Shown here: piece by piece, positions 1 through 9,521 of the stretch
Layout: every line of letters begins with the position of its first letter
How positions within the stretch are numbered: the first letter of the stretch is position 1
Translations under genes and position numbers: made by a program
The notes under the pieces: generated by a model
What the model was told of the DNA's origin: nothing
The model's database searches: none
Seen by the model: the letters and a program-made list of their open reading frames with translations, nothing else
Assembly: GCA_041665025.1 (NCBI GenBank)
Contig: JBAYJP010000001.1
Coordinates: 211,996 to 275,995, forward strand
Source: Candidatus Magasanikiibacteriota bacterium
GTDB taxonomy: Bacteria > Patescibacteriota > Patescibacteriia > Magasanikbacterales > UBA922
Direction of reading: 5' to 3'
DNA length: 64,000 bases

Positions 1-57
1 AAAGATTGTAAGATTAAAAGATTAACAACTATTTGGCTGACAATATCTCAATTTCTT

Positions 58-1854
58 TTATTTCTCAATTTCTCTCACTACAACATCCTGTCCCTCACTA
101 AGTCCTGAAACAATTTCAATGAGACCATTGTCTCCGCGCAAGCCTGTAGTCACTTCAACTTCCTTTATTTCCTCATTTTCCAGTACACGAACTGTTTTTT
201 TACTGCCATCAATCTTGATAACACGCTGGGGAATAAACAATGCATTTTGTTTTTCTTCAGTATTAAATACGACATTTGCAGTCATACCATTCAAAATAGT
301 ATGTTCCGTATCACTCTCAAGAGAAACAGTAACGGTGTAATAGACAACATCTTGGATAATCGTCTCGCCTTTTTCTATTTGTATGACACTGCCCTTGAAG
401 TGGACATCATCACCAAATGCATCGAGTGTGATATCGGCTATGTTTCCAATAGCAACCTTAATAATATCTGTTTCTGGGATATCAACTTTTACTTCAAAAT
501 GGGGATTGACTAATTTTACTGCCACATCTTGTGCACTTGCATATTCTCCAACCTTTCCATCCAATTTGCCAATCATACCAGCAATAGGAGCAATAATGCG
601 AGCTTTGTCACGTGCCGCAACTGCCTGAGCTAGAGATCCTTGAGCTTCGAGAACCTGAGCACGAGCTACATTCACATCTTCAACACGGGGCGGATTTACT
701 GCGTCATTGTATGTAGACTGAGCTTGATCAACCAATGCCTGATATGCGGCGACATCAGCTATAGCTTTTTGTTTTGCATTTTCAAAATTTATTTGTGCCT
801 GTGCATACGCTACCTGAAAACTGGAATAACTATTCCTTGCGGTGTTGATAGCCTGTTTTTGATTTATAACAGAAGTATATTGTGTTGATACAGAAGTACG
901 TACCGTCTGAATTCCTGTTTTGAGCGCATCAAGTTCGGACTGTGACAAATCGCCAATAGGTATGGTTGCATTAAGTGTTTCTGAAACCGCAAACAGCATA
1001 TCACGCGCATCAACCAAAGCCATCTCAGCTATACTAGTCGCACTATCGATTTCTGTCTTTGTGGAATTGGCGCCAATGGTACTCCACATATCAGCCTTTG
1101 CTTTGCTTGCTTTCGCTTGATAATATTCGTTTTTTGCAGTACTTAATTTTCCGCTATTGAGAGCAGAGAGAACGCTTTCAAATTCGTCGTTGGCCAATGT
1201 ATTATCAACGCCCAATATATTGTCAGCTTGAGTAAGCGCGTCATTTAAAATATTCAATGTCGTTTGAAAAATAGCAACCATATCATCATATGCATCCTGG
1301 ACAACCTCACTATTCTCTCCGCCTTCGGATAATTTCAGATCATTTTCAGCAGTTTTCAATGCTGCATCAGCATTCGCAACTGCATCTGCTGAAGTAGCCC
1401 TCACTTGTTCTGATGTTGCCTGGGATTGCTCGAGCTTTGCTTTTAAGTTTGAAAGATATGAGTCTGTCTGGCCTTTTAGGACTTTATCCAAATTTGCCTG
1501 TGCACGCTGTACGCCTGCGCTTGCTTGAGCAACACGACCATTAAGTTCTCGAAGTTCAAGCTCAATAATGACATCTCCCGCTTTGACTTCGTCATTGACC
1601 TGTTTATATATCTTACCAATACGGCCAGCAGTCTCAAACCGAAGCTCAAGTTCATTGGCCGAACTCACGTTGCCTGTGGCATCAACAGTTTGGACTAAAT
1701 TGCCTTTCTGCACCTTCGTTGTCTCATATTGAGGTTTTCCATTGCGTACTGAACTTACCATACCTGCCACAACTAAGACGAGCACAACTGAAAGGGCAAT
1801 ATAAAACCATTTGCGTCGATACCATTTCTTTTTTTGAATATTTTGTTCTTCCAT
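58..1854 (-). CDS. HlyD-family membrane fusion protein (efflux/secretion periplasmic adaptor) with very long coiled-coil insert
   Basis: N-terminal TM helix, then biotin-lipoyl-like hairpin (VQKGNLVQTVDATGNV...AGDVIIELE). About 300 aa of coiled coil. C-terminal beta-barrel motif KARIIAPIAGMIGKL. Confidence 0.7.
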   Translation of the reverse strand: MEEQNIQKKKWYRRKWFYIALSVVLVLVVAGMVSSVRNGKPQYETTKVQKGNLVQTVDATGNVSSANELELRFETAGRIGKIYKQVNDEVKAGDVIIELELRELNGRVAQASAGVQRAQANLDKVLKGQTDSYLSNLKAKLEQSQATSEQVRATSADAVANADAALKTAENDLKLSEGGENSEVVQDAYDDMVAIFQTTLNILNDALTQADNILGVDNTLANDEFESVLSALNSGKLSTAKNEYYQAKASKAKADMWSTIGANSTKTEIDSATSIAEMALVDARDMLFAVSETLNATIPIGDLSQSELDALKTGIQTVRTSVSTQYTSVINQKQAINTARNSYSSFQVAYAQAQINFENAKQKAIADVAAYQALVDQAQSTYNDAVNPPRVEDVNVARAQVLEAQGSLAQAVAARDKARIIAPIAGMIGKLDGKVGEYASAQDVAVKLVNPHFEVKVDIPETDIIKVAIGNIADITLDAFGDDVHFKGSVIQIEKGETIIQDVVYYTVTVSLESDTEHTILNGMTANVVFNTEEKQNALFIPQRVIKIDGSKKTVRVLENEEIKEVEVTTGLRGDNGLIEIVSGLSEGQDVVVREIEK

Positions 1855-1863
1855 ATAAAAAAA

Positions 1864-2100
1864 TTATTTTTTTAATTTTTTAATTTCTTCACTGACATTT
1901 CCAATAAAATCTTCTACCATATTGAGCGGCGCGAGCACAACCATGCCCATGCGCTGCATGACGACAAAATTGTCACCAGTTTTTAAATGTAATGATTCAC
2001 GGACTTTCTTGGGTATAACTACTTGCCCCCGTTCGCCAAGAGAGGTAGTACCTACACAATGTCCACACGATTCATCAAGTGAATGAGATGTATGCTCCAT
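1864..2100 (-). CDS. SpoVT/AbrB (MazE-like) DNA-binding domain protein
   Basis: Looped-hinge helix motif GQVVIPKKVRESLHLKTGDNFVV is typical of AbrB/MazE. 78 aa, no adjacent toxin ORF. Confidence 0.5.
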   Translation of the reverse strand: MEHTSHSLDESCGHCVGTTSLGERGQVVIPKKVRESLHLKTGDNFVVMQRMGMVVLAPLNMVEDFIGNVSEEIKKLKK

Positions 2101-2169
2101 ATAAAAACAATAAGTATGAAAATCATACTTATCGTACTATATTTCCTCATCAATTGTCAACAACGTTTC

Positions 2170-3177
2170 TTACAACGTCTGAAGCATAGCCAAAAATGCA
2201 CGACGAGGATCATGTTTACTTGTCACACAATGGTAAATCACGTGTGCGAAAGGCGCGTGCACATGATATTTTCTTACAAGACGCATAAGACAATGAATTG
2301 CGTCTACCCCCTCTACTGTCTGTTTAACCATCTCACGTGCTTTGTCTCCTGTATACCCTTTTCCCAAATATTCTCCAAACGTTCGATTGCGGCTCTCGTG
2401 CGCAAAAGATGTAACAATAAGATCCCCAACCCCGGCAAGTTCGTACGCGGTCCTACGTCTACCACCCATTGCTTGAATAAGATCAGAAATTTCTCTGAGC
2501 GCATAGGTAAGCAACGCCGCTTTGGTATTTAATCCATATTTCATGCCGTCGCACATGCCTGTAGCAATGGTGTATGCATTTTTGAAAGAACCTCCAATTT
2601 CGACACCAATGACATCAGTAGTGGGGACTAGTTTCACATAATTATTTTCCATCGCACTCCTGACTTTATTCATAGCTTTTTTGTTTTTCGAGGCAATATT
2701 CATAGCGGTAAATTGCCTGCGTGCCATTTGGCTTGCGATAACAGGTCCGGAAATAGTCACAACATTTTTACGAAGTTTTGGACGAATATGTTTGCATATA
2801 ATATGAGGCATCAAGCGTAAGCTATGAGGTTCTATTCCCTTTGATACATCAACTATAATTGCATCATGGGCGATACTGCGTGCCGCAAATGAAATCGTAT
2901 GTTCAAGCACACCGCTTGGAATAACCAGAAAAACAATTTCCGAACCCTCAAGCGCTTCAGCAATTTTGAATTTAGGTACAATATTTTTGGGAAGTTTTAT
3001 TCCTTTTAAATATTTTTTGTTTTCATGATACTTTTCAATTTGGCGTAATGGTTCATGATCTCCTTCCCAATTCCAAATCCGAACCTCATAACCATTTTCA
3101 GCCAACACAAACGCAACGGCAGTACCCATGTTGCCGGCACCCAATACGGTAAGAATTTTCTTTTCGTTTTTATCCAT
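2170..3177 (-). CDS. gpsA: NAD(P)H-dependent glycerol-3-phosphate dehydrogenase
   Basis: Rossmann motif LGAGNMGTAVA, plus GPVIASQ and GDLIVT motifs. The ORF-track start at 3231 runs into the inverted repeat; the true start is MDKNEKK at 3177. Confidence 0.9.
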   Translation of the reverse strand: MDKNEKKILTVLGAGNMGTAVAFVLAENGYEVRIWNWEGDHEPLRQIEKYHENKKYLKGIKLPKNIVPKFKIAEALEGSEIVFLVIPSGVLEHTISFAARSIAHDAIIVDVSKGIEPHSLRLMPHIICKHIRPKLRKNVVTISGPVIASQMARRQFTAMNIASKNKKAMNKVRSAMENNYVKLVPTTDVIGVEIGGSFKNAYTIATGMCDGMKYGLNTKAALLTYALREISDLIQAMGGRRRTAYELAGVGDLIVTSFAHESRNRTFGEYLGKGYTGDKAREMVKQTVEGVDAIHCLMRLVRKYHVHAPFAHVIYHCVTSKHDPRRAFLAMLQTL

Positions 3178-3189
3178 ACAAATAATAAT

Positions 3190-3224
3190 CAAGATACAAG
3201 AAACAAATAAATTGCAATAACCAA
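3190..3224. repeat. left arm of 35-bp perfect inverted repeat
   Basis: Verified by base-by-base reverse-complement comparison with 3641-3675. Confidence 0.85.
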
Positions 3225-3227
3225 ACA

Positions 3228-3623
3228 TCAATTATTTCTATCTTTTCCTGATTTCTCTTTTATTTTTTCCTTCTTTTTGATTATTGAAGAAAATATTTTA
3301 TTAAGTTCTATGCTTTCTTGTAGTAAGGGCTGCATTCTGACTTTAAGCTGGGAGTTATTTTCGATAATCAATCTCAACCAATATATAGATTCTTTAGCTT
3401 CTTTTCTTACAATTCTTAATCTGAATAAAAAATCTTTATCTCCAAGACAATCATTGGCTTCTCGATAATTTGCCCCCATAGATGAACTGGAACGGATGAC
3501 TTGATTTGAATAATATAAATTTGTGTCGCTCCTCGGTAGTTGTTTAGTCATATTCAAAGTTCTTTTCGCAAACTCAAAAGTTCTTTCTTCCAAATCAAAT
3601 GTATGCTCTCCGCCTTCATTCAT
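3228..3623 (-). CDS. four-helix-bundle protein of the 23S rRNA intervening-sequence protein family
   Basis: Family pattern FEFAKRTL...LP...Y.L..Q..RS..S...N..EA....KDF...L.IA..E..E..YWL.L is present. Start could be the GTG at 3629 or the ATG at 3623. Confidence 0.75.
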   Translation of the reverse strand: MNEGGEHTFDLEERTFEFAKRTLNMTKQLPRSDTNLYYSNQVIRSSSSMGANYREANDCLGDKDFLFRLRIVRKEAKESIYWLRLIIENNSQLKVRMQPLLQESIELNKIFSSIIKKKEKIKEKSGKDRNN

Positions 3624-3640
3624 AATCACATTGTTGTTTC

Positions 3641-3675
3641 TTGGTTATTGCAATTTATTTGTTTCTTGTATCTTG
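3641..3675. repeat. right arm of 35-bp perfect inverted repeat
   Basis: Reverse complement of 3190-3224. Confidence 0.85.
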
Positions 3676-3686
3676 TTTATTGAAAA

Positions 3687-4499
3687 TTATAAAAATAATA
3701 AAATCAAAACTCCAATAATCACTCTATACACCACAAATGGCAAAAAACTCCACTTCTGTATTATTTTCATCAACCCCCAAATCGCAAGCAAACCACTTAT
3801 TGCCGACGCCACAAATCCTGCAATGAGCATCTCGACACCGACCGCTTCAAAACCGTTTTTTATCATATCAATTAATTGCATACCACCGGCAAGTGTAATA
3901 ATCGGAACACTCATGAGAAATGAAAATTCTGCTGCGCTTTTTTTATCCAATTTTGAAAACAATCCCGCTGTCATAGTAATACCTGACCGACTGGTTCCGG
4001 GAACAAGTGCGACAGCTTGTGCACAACCAATAAACAATGCGGTACGCCAATTTACCTTCTCTAATGATTGTTGATTGTTGATTGTTGTTCGTTGAACACG
4101 ATCTGCAATAAACAAAACAACTCCCCATACAATAAAATTCACTCCAATAATCCACGTCGCACGCAAGTTCTCTTCTATCCAACTGTCAAATAGGATTCCA
4201 ACAATTCCGGCTGGGATTATACTCAAAATAATTAACCAGGCTAATTTTCTATTACTGCTCCCTGTTCCTTGGTCGCTGTTCACCAGTAACACGCTCTTCA
4301 ACATCCCCAACAACTTCTTTCTAAAATACACAACCACTGCAACGAGTGTGCCAAGATGTATAAACGTATCGAACGCAAGTCCCTGATCTGCCCAACCAAA
4401 TAATTTTGGTAAAAAAATAAGATGGCCAGATGATGAGACGGGCAGGAATTCAGTAAGACCTTGAATTATTCCTAAAACAATTGCTTGAAGTATAGACAT
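3687..4499 (-). CDS. uppP: undecaprenyl-diphosphate phosphatase
   Basis: N-terminal MSILQAIVLGIIQGLTEFLPVSSSGHLI is the UppP/BacA signature; multi-TM protein. Confidence 0.9.
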   Translation of the reverse strand: MSILQAIVLGIIQGLTEFLPVSSSGHLIFLPKLFGWADQGLAFDTFIHLGTLVAVVVYFRKKLLGMLKSVLLVNSDQGTGSSNRKLAWLIILSIIPAGIVGILFDSWIEENLRATWIIGVNFIVWGVVLFIADRVQRTTINNQQSLEKVNWRTALFIGCAQAVALVPGTSRSGITMTAGLFSKLDKKSAAEFSFLMSVPIITLAGGMQLIDMIKNGFEAVGVEMLIAGFVASAISGLLAIWGLMKIIQKWSFLPFVVYRVIIGVLILLFL

Positions 4500-4581
4500 G
4501 CAATAAGTATAGCAGAAATATTGACAAAATTCTATAAATATGATATTATTTTGCGAAACTTACGCGCGGAAAGGGGTTGAC

Positions 4582-4812
4582 ATGGAAAAGACCCGCGCCG
4601 AGTTGGAGAGCCTTCTGCCGGAAGATCCGGCAATGGCTCTGCTGGTGCTGGCCGGCCTGATCTTCGCGTTCATGGTCGGCTGGTTGGTATTTCGGCTTCG
4701 CGCTGCGAAGCGTGTGGCCGAGACACTCAACTTCGAGACCGAGCGCCCCGCTCGCATCGCCGCCTTCGAAGAGAAGTCGGCTGAGCAGGATGGGACGCTC
4801 GTCGTCCGCTGA
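4582..4812 (+). CDS. small single-TM hypothetical protein encoded in a high-GC island (about 60% GC, GC3-rich codons)
   Basis: SD GGAAAGGGG followed by ATG. Protein MEKTRAELESLLPEDPAMALLVLAGLIFAFMVGWLVF... Codons are GCC/CTG/GGC/CGC-rich, unlike the host. An antisense ORF (4546..4842, TTG start) is also open, so the coding strand is not certain. Confidence 0.35.
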   Translation: MEKTRAELESLLPEDPAMALLVLAGLIFAFMVGWLVFRLRAAKRVAETLNFETERPARIAAFEEKSAEQDGTLVVR

Positions 4813-4923
4813 GAAAAAGGAGAAGGAAGATGAAACTTCCAAACAGCGGCGGGGTGCGAGTCTACATGCGCCCTAGCCGCTCCCTGCCATGAGATATTGA
4901 AATATCAATGCATCATGATACTA

Positions 4924-4960
4924 AAAAACCGATTCTTTATATAAGATCGGTTTTTTATTT
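4924..4960 (+). terminator. intrinsic terminator (hairpin accgat...atcggt plus T-run), bidirectional
   Basis: aaaaaccgattctttatataagatcggttttttatttt. Confidence 0.4.
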
Positions 4961-5036
4961 TACTCACCGCTTGAGAATTAATAATACTGTGATATATTCC
5001 TATAGCTCGGGCATACACATTGCGAAAGGAGGAATC

Positions 5037-5384
5037 ATGGCCAAAATCCTCGTGATAGATGACTACCCAACCATACGACGAATAATTACCTGTTTTCTCG
5101 ACAGGGAGCATGAGGTCATTGCTGTCTCAAACGGCGATGAGGCTGTCCGGATGTTTCAGACAAAGTGCTTTGACCTACTAATCGCTGATGTTGAAATTCC
5201 AGATGCGATGAGCGGCGTCATGGCAGGCAGAATTTTGAAAGATCAATTTCCTTCTTTGAAAGTAATCATGATGAGTGGGTATCCCCTCTCTCTCGAAGAA
5301 TATCCTTTTGCGGACAATGTAATCACAAAGCCTTTTCGCCAGACAGAACTGGCTCTTCTGGTTCGCACCACATTAGGAGGGTGA
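5037..5384 (+). CDS. stand-alone response-regulator receiver (CheY-like) domain protein
   Basis: Strong SD aaaggagg 6 nt upstream of the ATG. Motifs MAKILVIDD and LLIADVEIPD (phospho-acceptor Asp). No output domain. The ORF-track N-terminal extension is rejected. Confidence 0.75.
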   Translation: MAKILVIDDYPTIRRIITCFLDREHEVIAVSNGDEAVRMFQTKCFDLLIADVEIPDAMSGVMAGRILKDQFPSLKVIMMSGYPLSLEEYPFADNVITKPFRQTELALLVRTTLGG

Positions 5385-5416
5385 TCGTGTGTGCCCGGGC
5401 AGCCCTCCTTAATAAT

Positions 5417-5453
5417 AAAACCATCCTGCTTATCAACAGGACGGTTTTTTATT
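5417..5453 (+). terminator. intrinsic terminator
   Basis: aaaaccatcctg-cttatcaa-caggacggttttttatttt; the stem has one mismatch and is followed by a T-run. Confidence 0.4.
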
Positions 5454-5521
5454 TTATCTCTGCAGTATCTCAATATATCTCCATTTATATTGTTATCTAC
5501 TAACACAAATTGATTCTCAAA

Positions 5522-6673
5522 CTATACCAGGGCTCTCTTTAGTTCTTCAACTTTGTCCAATTTTTCCCACGGAAATTCATCTCTTCCAAAATGTCCATAT
5601 GCCGCAGTAGCCTGATAAATCGGACGAAGTAAATCAAGTTGTTCAATAATTGCTTTTGGTTTGAAGCTAAATACGTGTCGTACTGCTTGTTCTATTTTTT
5701 CATTTTCCACTTTGCCACTTCCATTAGTATTGACTAGAATACTTACTGGTTCTGCTACACCAATCGCATAAGCAACTTGGATCTCGCATCTATCTGCAAG
5801 ACCAGCAGCAACAATATTTTTTGCAACATAACGCGCATAGTATGACGCGCTTCGATCAACTTTGCTTGGATCTTTTCCTGAAAAACATCCGCCACCATGA
5901 CTGCCGTGTCCGCCGTACGTATCAACAATAATTTTGCGTCCCGTTAGACCCGCGTCTCCTACCGGTCCGCCAATAACAAACCGCCCAGTTGGATTTACAA
6001 AATATTTTGTATTCTCATCAACCAAATTTCCGCACACTGGTTTGATCACGTGTTCGATAATATCTTTGCGAATAGTTTCCAAATCAACATCGTCTGCATG
6101 TTGTGTTGAAATAACAACCGTATCTATACGTTTTGGCTTGCCATCTTCGTATTCTACGGTTACTTGAGATTTACCATCTGGACGAACATATTTCAAAGTT
6201 CCATTTTTACGCACTTCTGCCAACTTACGTGTTAATTTATGCGCATAAATAATGGGCATAGGCATGTACTCTGGTGTCTCATTGGTGGCATACCCAAACA
6301 TAAGACCTTGGTCTCCCGCGCCTTGTTCCTTGAATAAGCCTTCGCCTTCATTGACTCCTTGCGCGATATCTGGTGATTGTCCGGAAATGGCAACAAGAAC
6401 TCCGCACGTACTACCTTCAAAACCATATTCTGGTTTATCATAGCCAATATCCAAAATTGTTTTGCGCACAATATTTTGCACATCGACATACGTAGACGTA
6501 GTAACTTCTCCTGCTACTACCACAAATCCAGTTTTTGCAAGACACTCAATACCTGTATGTGCGTCTGGATCATCTTTGATAATCGCATCCACAATAGCAT
6601 CCGAAATTTGATCACACATTTTGTCTGGGTGACCCTCGGTCACTGATTCTGATGTAAAATAATATTTTGACAT
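5522..6673 (-). CDS. metK: S-adenosylmethionine synthetase
   Basis: [30 protein letters not shown] and a GGGAFSGKD-like motif; full length 383 aa. Confidence 0.95.
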   Translation of the reverse strand: MSKYYFTSESVTEGHPDKMCDQISDAIVDAIIKDDPDAHTGIECLAKTGFVVVAGEVTTSTYVDVQNIVRKTILDIGYDKPEYGFEGSTCGVLVAISGQSPDIAQGVNEGEGLFKEQGAGDQGLMFGYATNETPEYMPMPIIYAHKLTRKLAEVRKNGTLKYVRPDGKSQVTVEYEDGKPKRIDTVVISTQHADDVDLETIRKDIIEHVIKPVCGNLVDENTKYFVNPTGRFVIGGPVGDAGLTGRKIIVDTYGGHGSHGGGCFSGKDPSKVDRSASYYARYVAKNIVAAGLADRCEIQVAYAIGVAEPVSILVNTNGSGKVENEKIEQAVRHVFSFKPKAIIEQLDLLRPIYQATAAYGHFGRDEFPWEKLDKVEELKRALV

Positions 6674-6890
6674 ACTTTTTAGTAAATAAAAAACAACTAA
6701 TTAAAGTCGTTCAAGAAGATAGACGCCCCCAATCTGGGAAACGAACATTGTTGAGCAGTAATCTCGCCTATCGACCAAAGCAAGATACAGACCGGCCAAC
6801 AACGAACACCATGTTCTTGGACGATTAGGACGTAACACGAAGCGCGTATCACGTAACAAAATAATATTACAATATCTGTCCTTCGCTGTC
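6674..6890 (-). promoter_or_regulatory. GC-rich structured 5' leader of metK with terminator-like hairpin plus U-run; candidate SAM-responsive riboswitch of undetermined class
   Basis: A 217-nt leader, much more GC-rich than the surroundings. Near the start there is CAACAAUGUUCG...GAACGACUUUAAUUAGUUG followed by UUUUUUAUUU. The SAM-I consensus (GAGGGA..GGCCC..GCAACC) is not present. Confidence 0.3.
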
Positions 6891-6892
6891 AA

Positions 6893-7204
6893 TCACTTCT
6901 CTAATGGATACTTTTTTCTGTACTGTTCCTCGTTATAATATATAAGATAAAAATCCTTGTACGTCAAACCTTGTACTACAACGCCTGCTAAAAATCCGTA
7001 CACAATATTGTTGTAAAAACCAATAAACCACAGCAATAAAAGAAGTAAACCCCCATATAACCAGTGGTGAATGTGCAATATGTGAGGACCAATTCTAATT
7101 CTCACAGATTTGATACGCCCCGGCTGGCCTTCTTTTTTAGCAGATAACAATTTTGTAATCAGAAACCCTAGACCTGTGGAAATAACAAAAATAATCACAT
7201 TCAT
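6893..7204 (-). CDS. hypothetical small membrane protein
   Basis: Two or three predicted TM helices; no recognisable motif. Confidence 0.4.
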   Translation of the reverse strand: MNVIIFVISTGLGFLITKLLSAKKEGQPGRIKSVRIRIGPHILHIHHWLYGGLLLLLLWFIGFYNNIVYGFLAGVVVQGLTYKDFYLIYYNEEQYRKKYPLEK

Positions 7205-7262
7205 AATATAGAAACCGTAAACTAATAAAACTAGATCACAAATTTGGTGCTAAGCTTTATAA

Positions 7263-8465
7263 TTAAAATAGCTTAAAAACACTATACACCGCTCCGACTG
7301 CAAGTGCAAGCAGTAGTACAGGGACCAGAAGCAATGCATGATGTATGTGATATTTCTTATTATTCAACACTCCTTTTTGTCGAGCGCGCCAATATATAAA
7401 TACCACAAATATCAAATCAATACTTACCAATACTCCCCCAATGACATCAATAAGCCCAATAAAGCTTCTCAGTCCTGCCACAAAAATCAAAAACGGAATA
7501 ATACAGACAAGAAGCGACGAAATAATTGGACGTATGCGATAATCCCATGTCAAAGAATCACGAAGCGCCATACCACCCATGAGAAAACCAGTTCCCATGG
7601 CAAGCACTGCAAAAATGTTACCAAATACAAATACCGAATTACCAATAACATTACCCAGGCCTACTGTAGCAATTTCTGTCGTATGTGAACCAGTTACTCC
7701 CACCACCACAAAAGCAAACAAACTGTAAATACCTATGCAAATGAACGAAGCAATAATAATGGTTTTTTTAAATAATCCGTCTTTGTGTTTGAGTAGTGTA
7801 TGCGCTTCGGGTATAACGCCTGTACTGCTCAAAGAAAACAGGATTACACCATAAGGAAGTAATAAATATGCAAAATTGTTAAACTCAACATGGGTACTTG
7901 ATATGTAAGGAGCTCCCAGAATAGAAATAATGATAATAACGAGTAACAGGCCAATACTCAAAAACAGATCAGCAACTTTTATCATGCGCAAACCTACAAA
8001 AACACACACAGAGGCAACTGCAAAAAATACTATACTCCATATAAATGGATCTCCACCAAATAATGCTGAAAGAGATGTTCCCTCGCCAATAATATATACT
8101 GTCATGACTCCGGCTCCCATGAGATAAATAAAGCCCGTCATAACCCAGGCACCCCATGCACCCAAATATTCACGTGCGAGTCCTATAACTTGTAATTCCC
8201 GTCTCGTACATGTCGCCACCTCTCCAATAAGCAGATTAAGACCCATCATGAGTAGCCCGAGCGTGACTATATATATACATCCAACTAGTATTCCTACCTT
8301 TGCAACTACAAAAGGGACACCGAGTACACCAGCACCGATTGTTCCGCTTACGACAAGCGCTACGCCCTGCAATAATGATAATCTGCGTTTAAAAATACCT
8401 CTATGCTGGATAAGAGGATGATCTTCCACAACATGTTCGCTTTTTTTAAATCTATTGAAAAACAT
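7263..8465 (-). CDS. amino-acid permease (APC/HAAAP-like, roughly 11 TM)
   Basis: VALVVSGTIGAGVLGVP motif typical of amino-acid transporter families; polytopic. Confidence 0.55.
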   Translation of the reverse strand: MFFNRFKKSEHVVEDHPLIQHRGIFKRRLSLLQGVALVVSGTIGAGVLGVPFVVAKVGILVGCIYIVTLGLLMMGLNLLIGEVATCTRRELQVIGLAREYLGAWGAWVMTGFIYLMGAGVMTVYIIGEGTSLSALFGGDPFIWSIVFFAVASVCVFVGLRMIKVADLFLSIGLLLVIIIISILGAPYISSTHVEFNNFAYLLLPYGVILFSLSSTGVIPEAHTLLKHKDGLFKKTIIIASFICIGIYSLFAFVVVGVTGSHTTEIATVGLGNVIGNSVFVFGNIFAVLAMGTGFLMGGMALRDSLTWDYRIRPIISSLLVCIIPFLIFVAGLRSFIGLIDVIGGVLVSIDLIFVVFIYWRARQKGVLNNKKYHIHHALLLVPVLLLALAVGAVYSVFKLF

Positions 8466-8504
8466 ACCGCCTTTGAAAAATTTTAATATTTTTTCAGTAT
8501 TTTT

Positions 8505-9506
8505 TTAATATTCTTTCAATATCTCTTCTTTTACTATATCCCAATATTCTGGTTTATTTTGCTTTTCTTTCATCCAATACCACCATTCCACTCCCCATAA
8601 ATACGCACGGTTTGTACCAATATGTTTTACATAATCGATATGTTTTTTGAGGCGTGCGATATTCATAGTTTCTTCCTGCTCTGCAATAGGAGTGTCTGTT
8701 GGTGATGTGTCGGTAAACCATGGCTCTGCTTGAAGTTCAGCAACATACAGACGTTCAGTTCTAATACCCAATATCTTTGCTTTGTATTGATAAAACGCCG
8801 CAGGAAGCCAATCGTACGTCCAAATACGTCCGCCAGGAGTCCGTACAATGCGGTATAATGTCGTTCCAAACAAATCACCTGCTTTACTAGCTCTACGCCA
8901 AGTGCTCAGCTCTCCGCTGTCGGTGATCATGACCCAATGTACTTCATCCATTCTTTTTACCAAATTGACCTCTTCATGGGTAAAATCATTGCGAAATCTT
9001 TTGCAGTCTCCAAAACGAAAACGAATAAACGGCTCATTTTCTACCTGCCATAACTCAAGCGCCGTATTATTTTTGTATCGGTCTACGACAGCTGAAATAT
9101 ATGCGAATAGTTTTGTCTTGTATTCGTCTTCGGACAATGCATTGACCCATGATGGGACATGGCATTCAGGCCAGCGAGGAGCTTTTTGCCCCACAACTAA
9201 TGTCACTTTCGTGCCGGATTCCTTTGCCTTGTTCATCATGTAATCAACATCTTTGAAATCATAGGTGCCTTCTGCTTTTTCTACTTCACTCCACATAGCG
9301 GCAATGCGTATGTATGGCGGTTCTAGATCAGTAAGCATGTCTTCATACACCTGTTTCCAATCCAGACCAAGATATGAGGCATGACCCTGGTTAAAACTTA
9401 TGCCAAAGCGAACGGGATAGGTGCGCAAACTTGAAAACCACAAAAATCCATAACAAAGTGCTATGAGTATAATGATACTAACTAATATAAACAAAATGCG
9501 CTTCAT
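8505..9506 (-). CDS. membrane-anchored glycoside hydrolase, clan GH-A TIM barrel
   Basis: N-terminal TM anchor. LELWQVENEPF (NEP acid/base motif) and a later conserved E in YVAELQAEPW. Confidence 0.5.
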   Translation of the reverse strand: MKRILFILVSIIILIALCYGFLWFSSLRTYPVRFGISFNQGHASYLGLDWKQVYEDMLTDLEPPYIRIAAMWSEVEKAEGTYDFKDVDYMMNKAKESGTKVTLVVGQKAPRWPECHVPSWVNALSEDEYKTKLFAYISAVVDRYKNNTALELWQVENEPFIRFRFGDCKRFRNDFTHEEVNLVKRMDEVHWVMITDSGELSTWRRASKAGDLFGTTLYRIVRTPGGRIWTYDWLPAAFYQYKAKILGIRTERLYVAELQAEPWFTDTSPTDTPIAEQEETMNIARLKKHIDYVKHIGTNRAYLWGVEWWYWMKEKQNKPEYWDIVKEEILKEY

Positions 9507-9521
9507 ATAGCTTATAAAAAA

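Larger units (their letters stand above)
3190..3675. mobile_element. Cassette flanked by a perfect 35-bp inverted repeat, carrying one four-helix-bundle gene, inserted between gpsA and uppP
   Basis: 3190-3224 (caagatacaagaaacaaataaattgcaataaccaa) is the exact reverse complement of 3641-3675. Only 12 nt separate IR-L from the gpsA start, and 11 nt separate IR-R from the uppP stop. Confidence 0.5.

Noticed and set aside
3178-3231. N-terminal extensions of gpsA (MMFGYCNLFVSCILIIIC) and of the plus-strand ORF 3523..4074 sharing the GYCNLFVSCIL peptide
   Set aside because: Both are translations of the two arms of the 35-bp inverted repeat. The true gpsA start is the internal MDKNEKK with a Rossmann motif immediately after it.
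6674-6890. SAM-I (S-box) riboswitch call for the metK leader
   Set aside because: The conserved SAM-I core (GAGGGA, GGCCC, GCAACC, AUGA) is not present. It is kept only as an unclassified candidate.
7338-8127. Antisense ORFs inside the amino-acid permease, and similar ones inside dnaE, pheT and the ATP-grasp gene
   Set aside because: They lie entirely within longer, well-supported genes on the opposite strand and are low-complexity translations without start signals.
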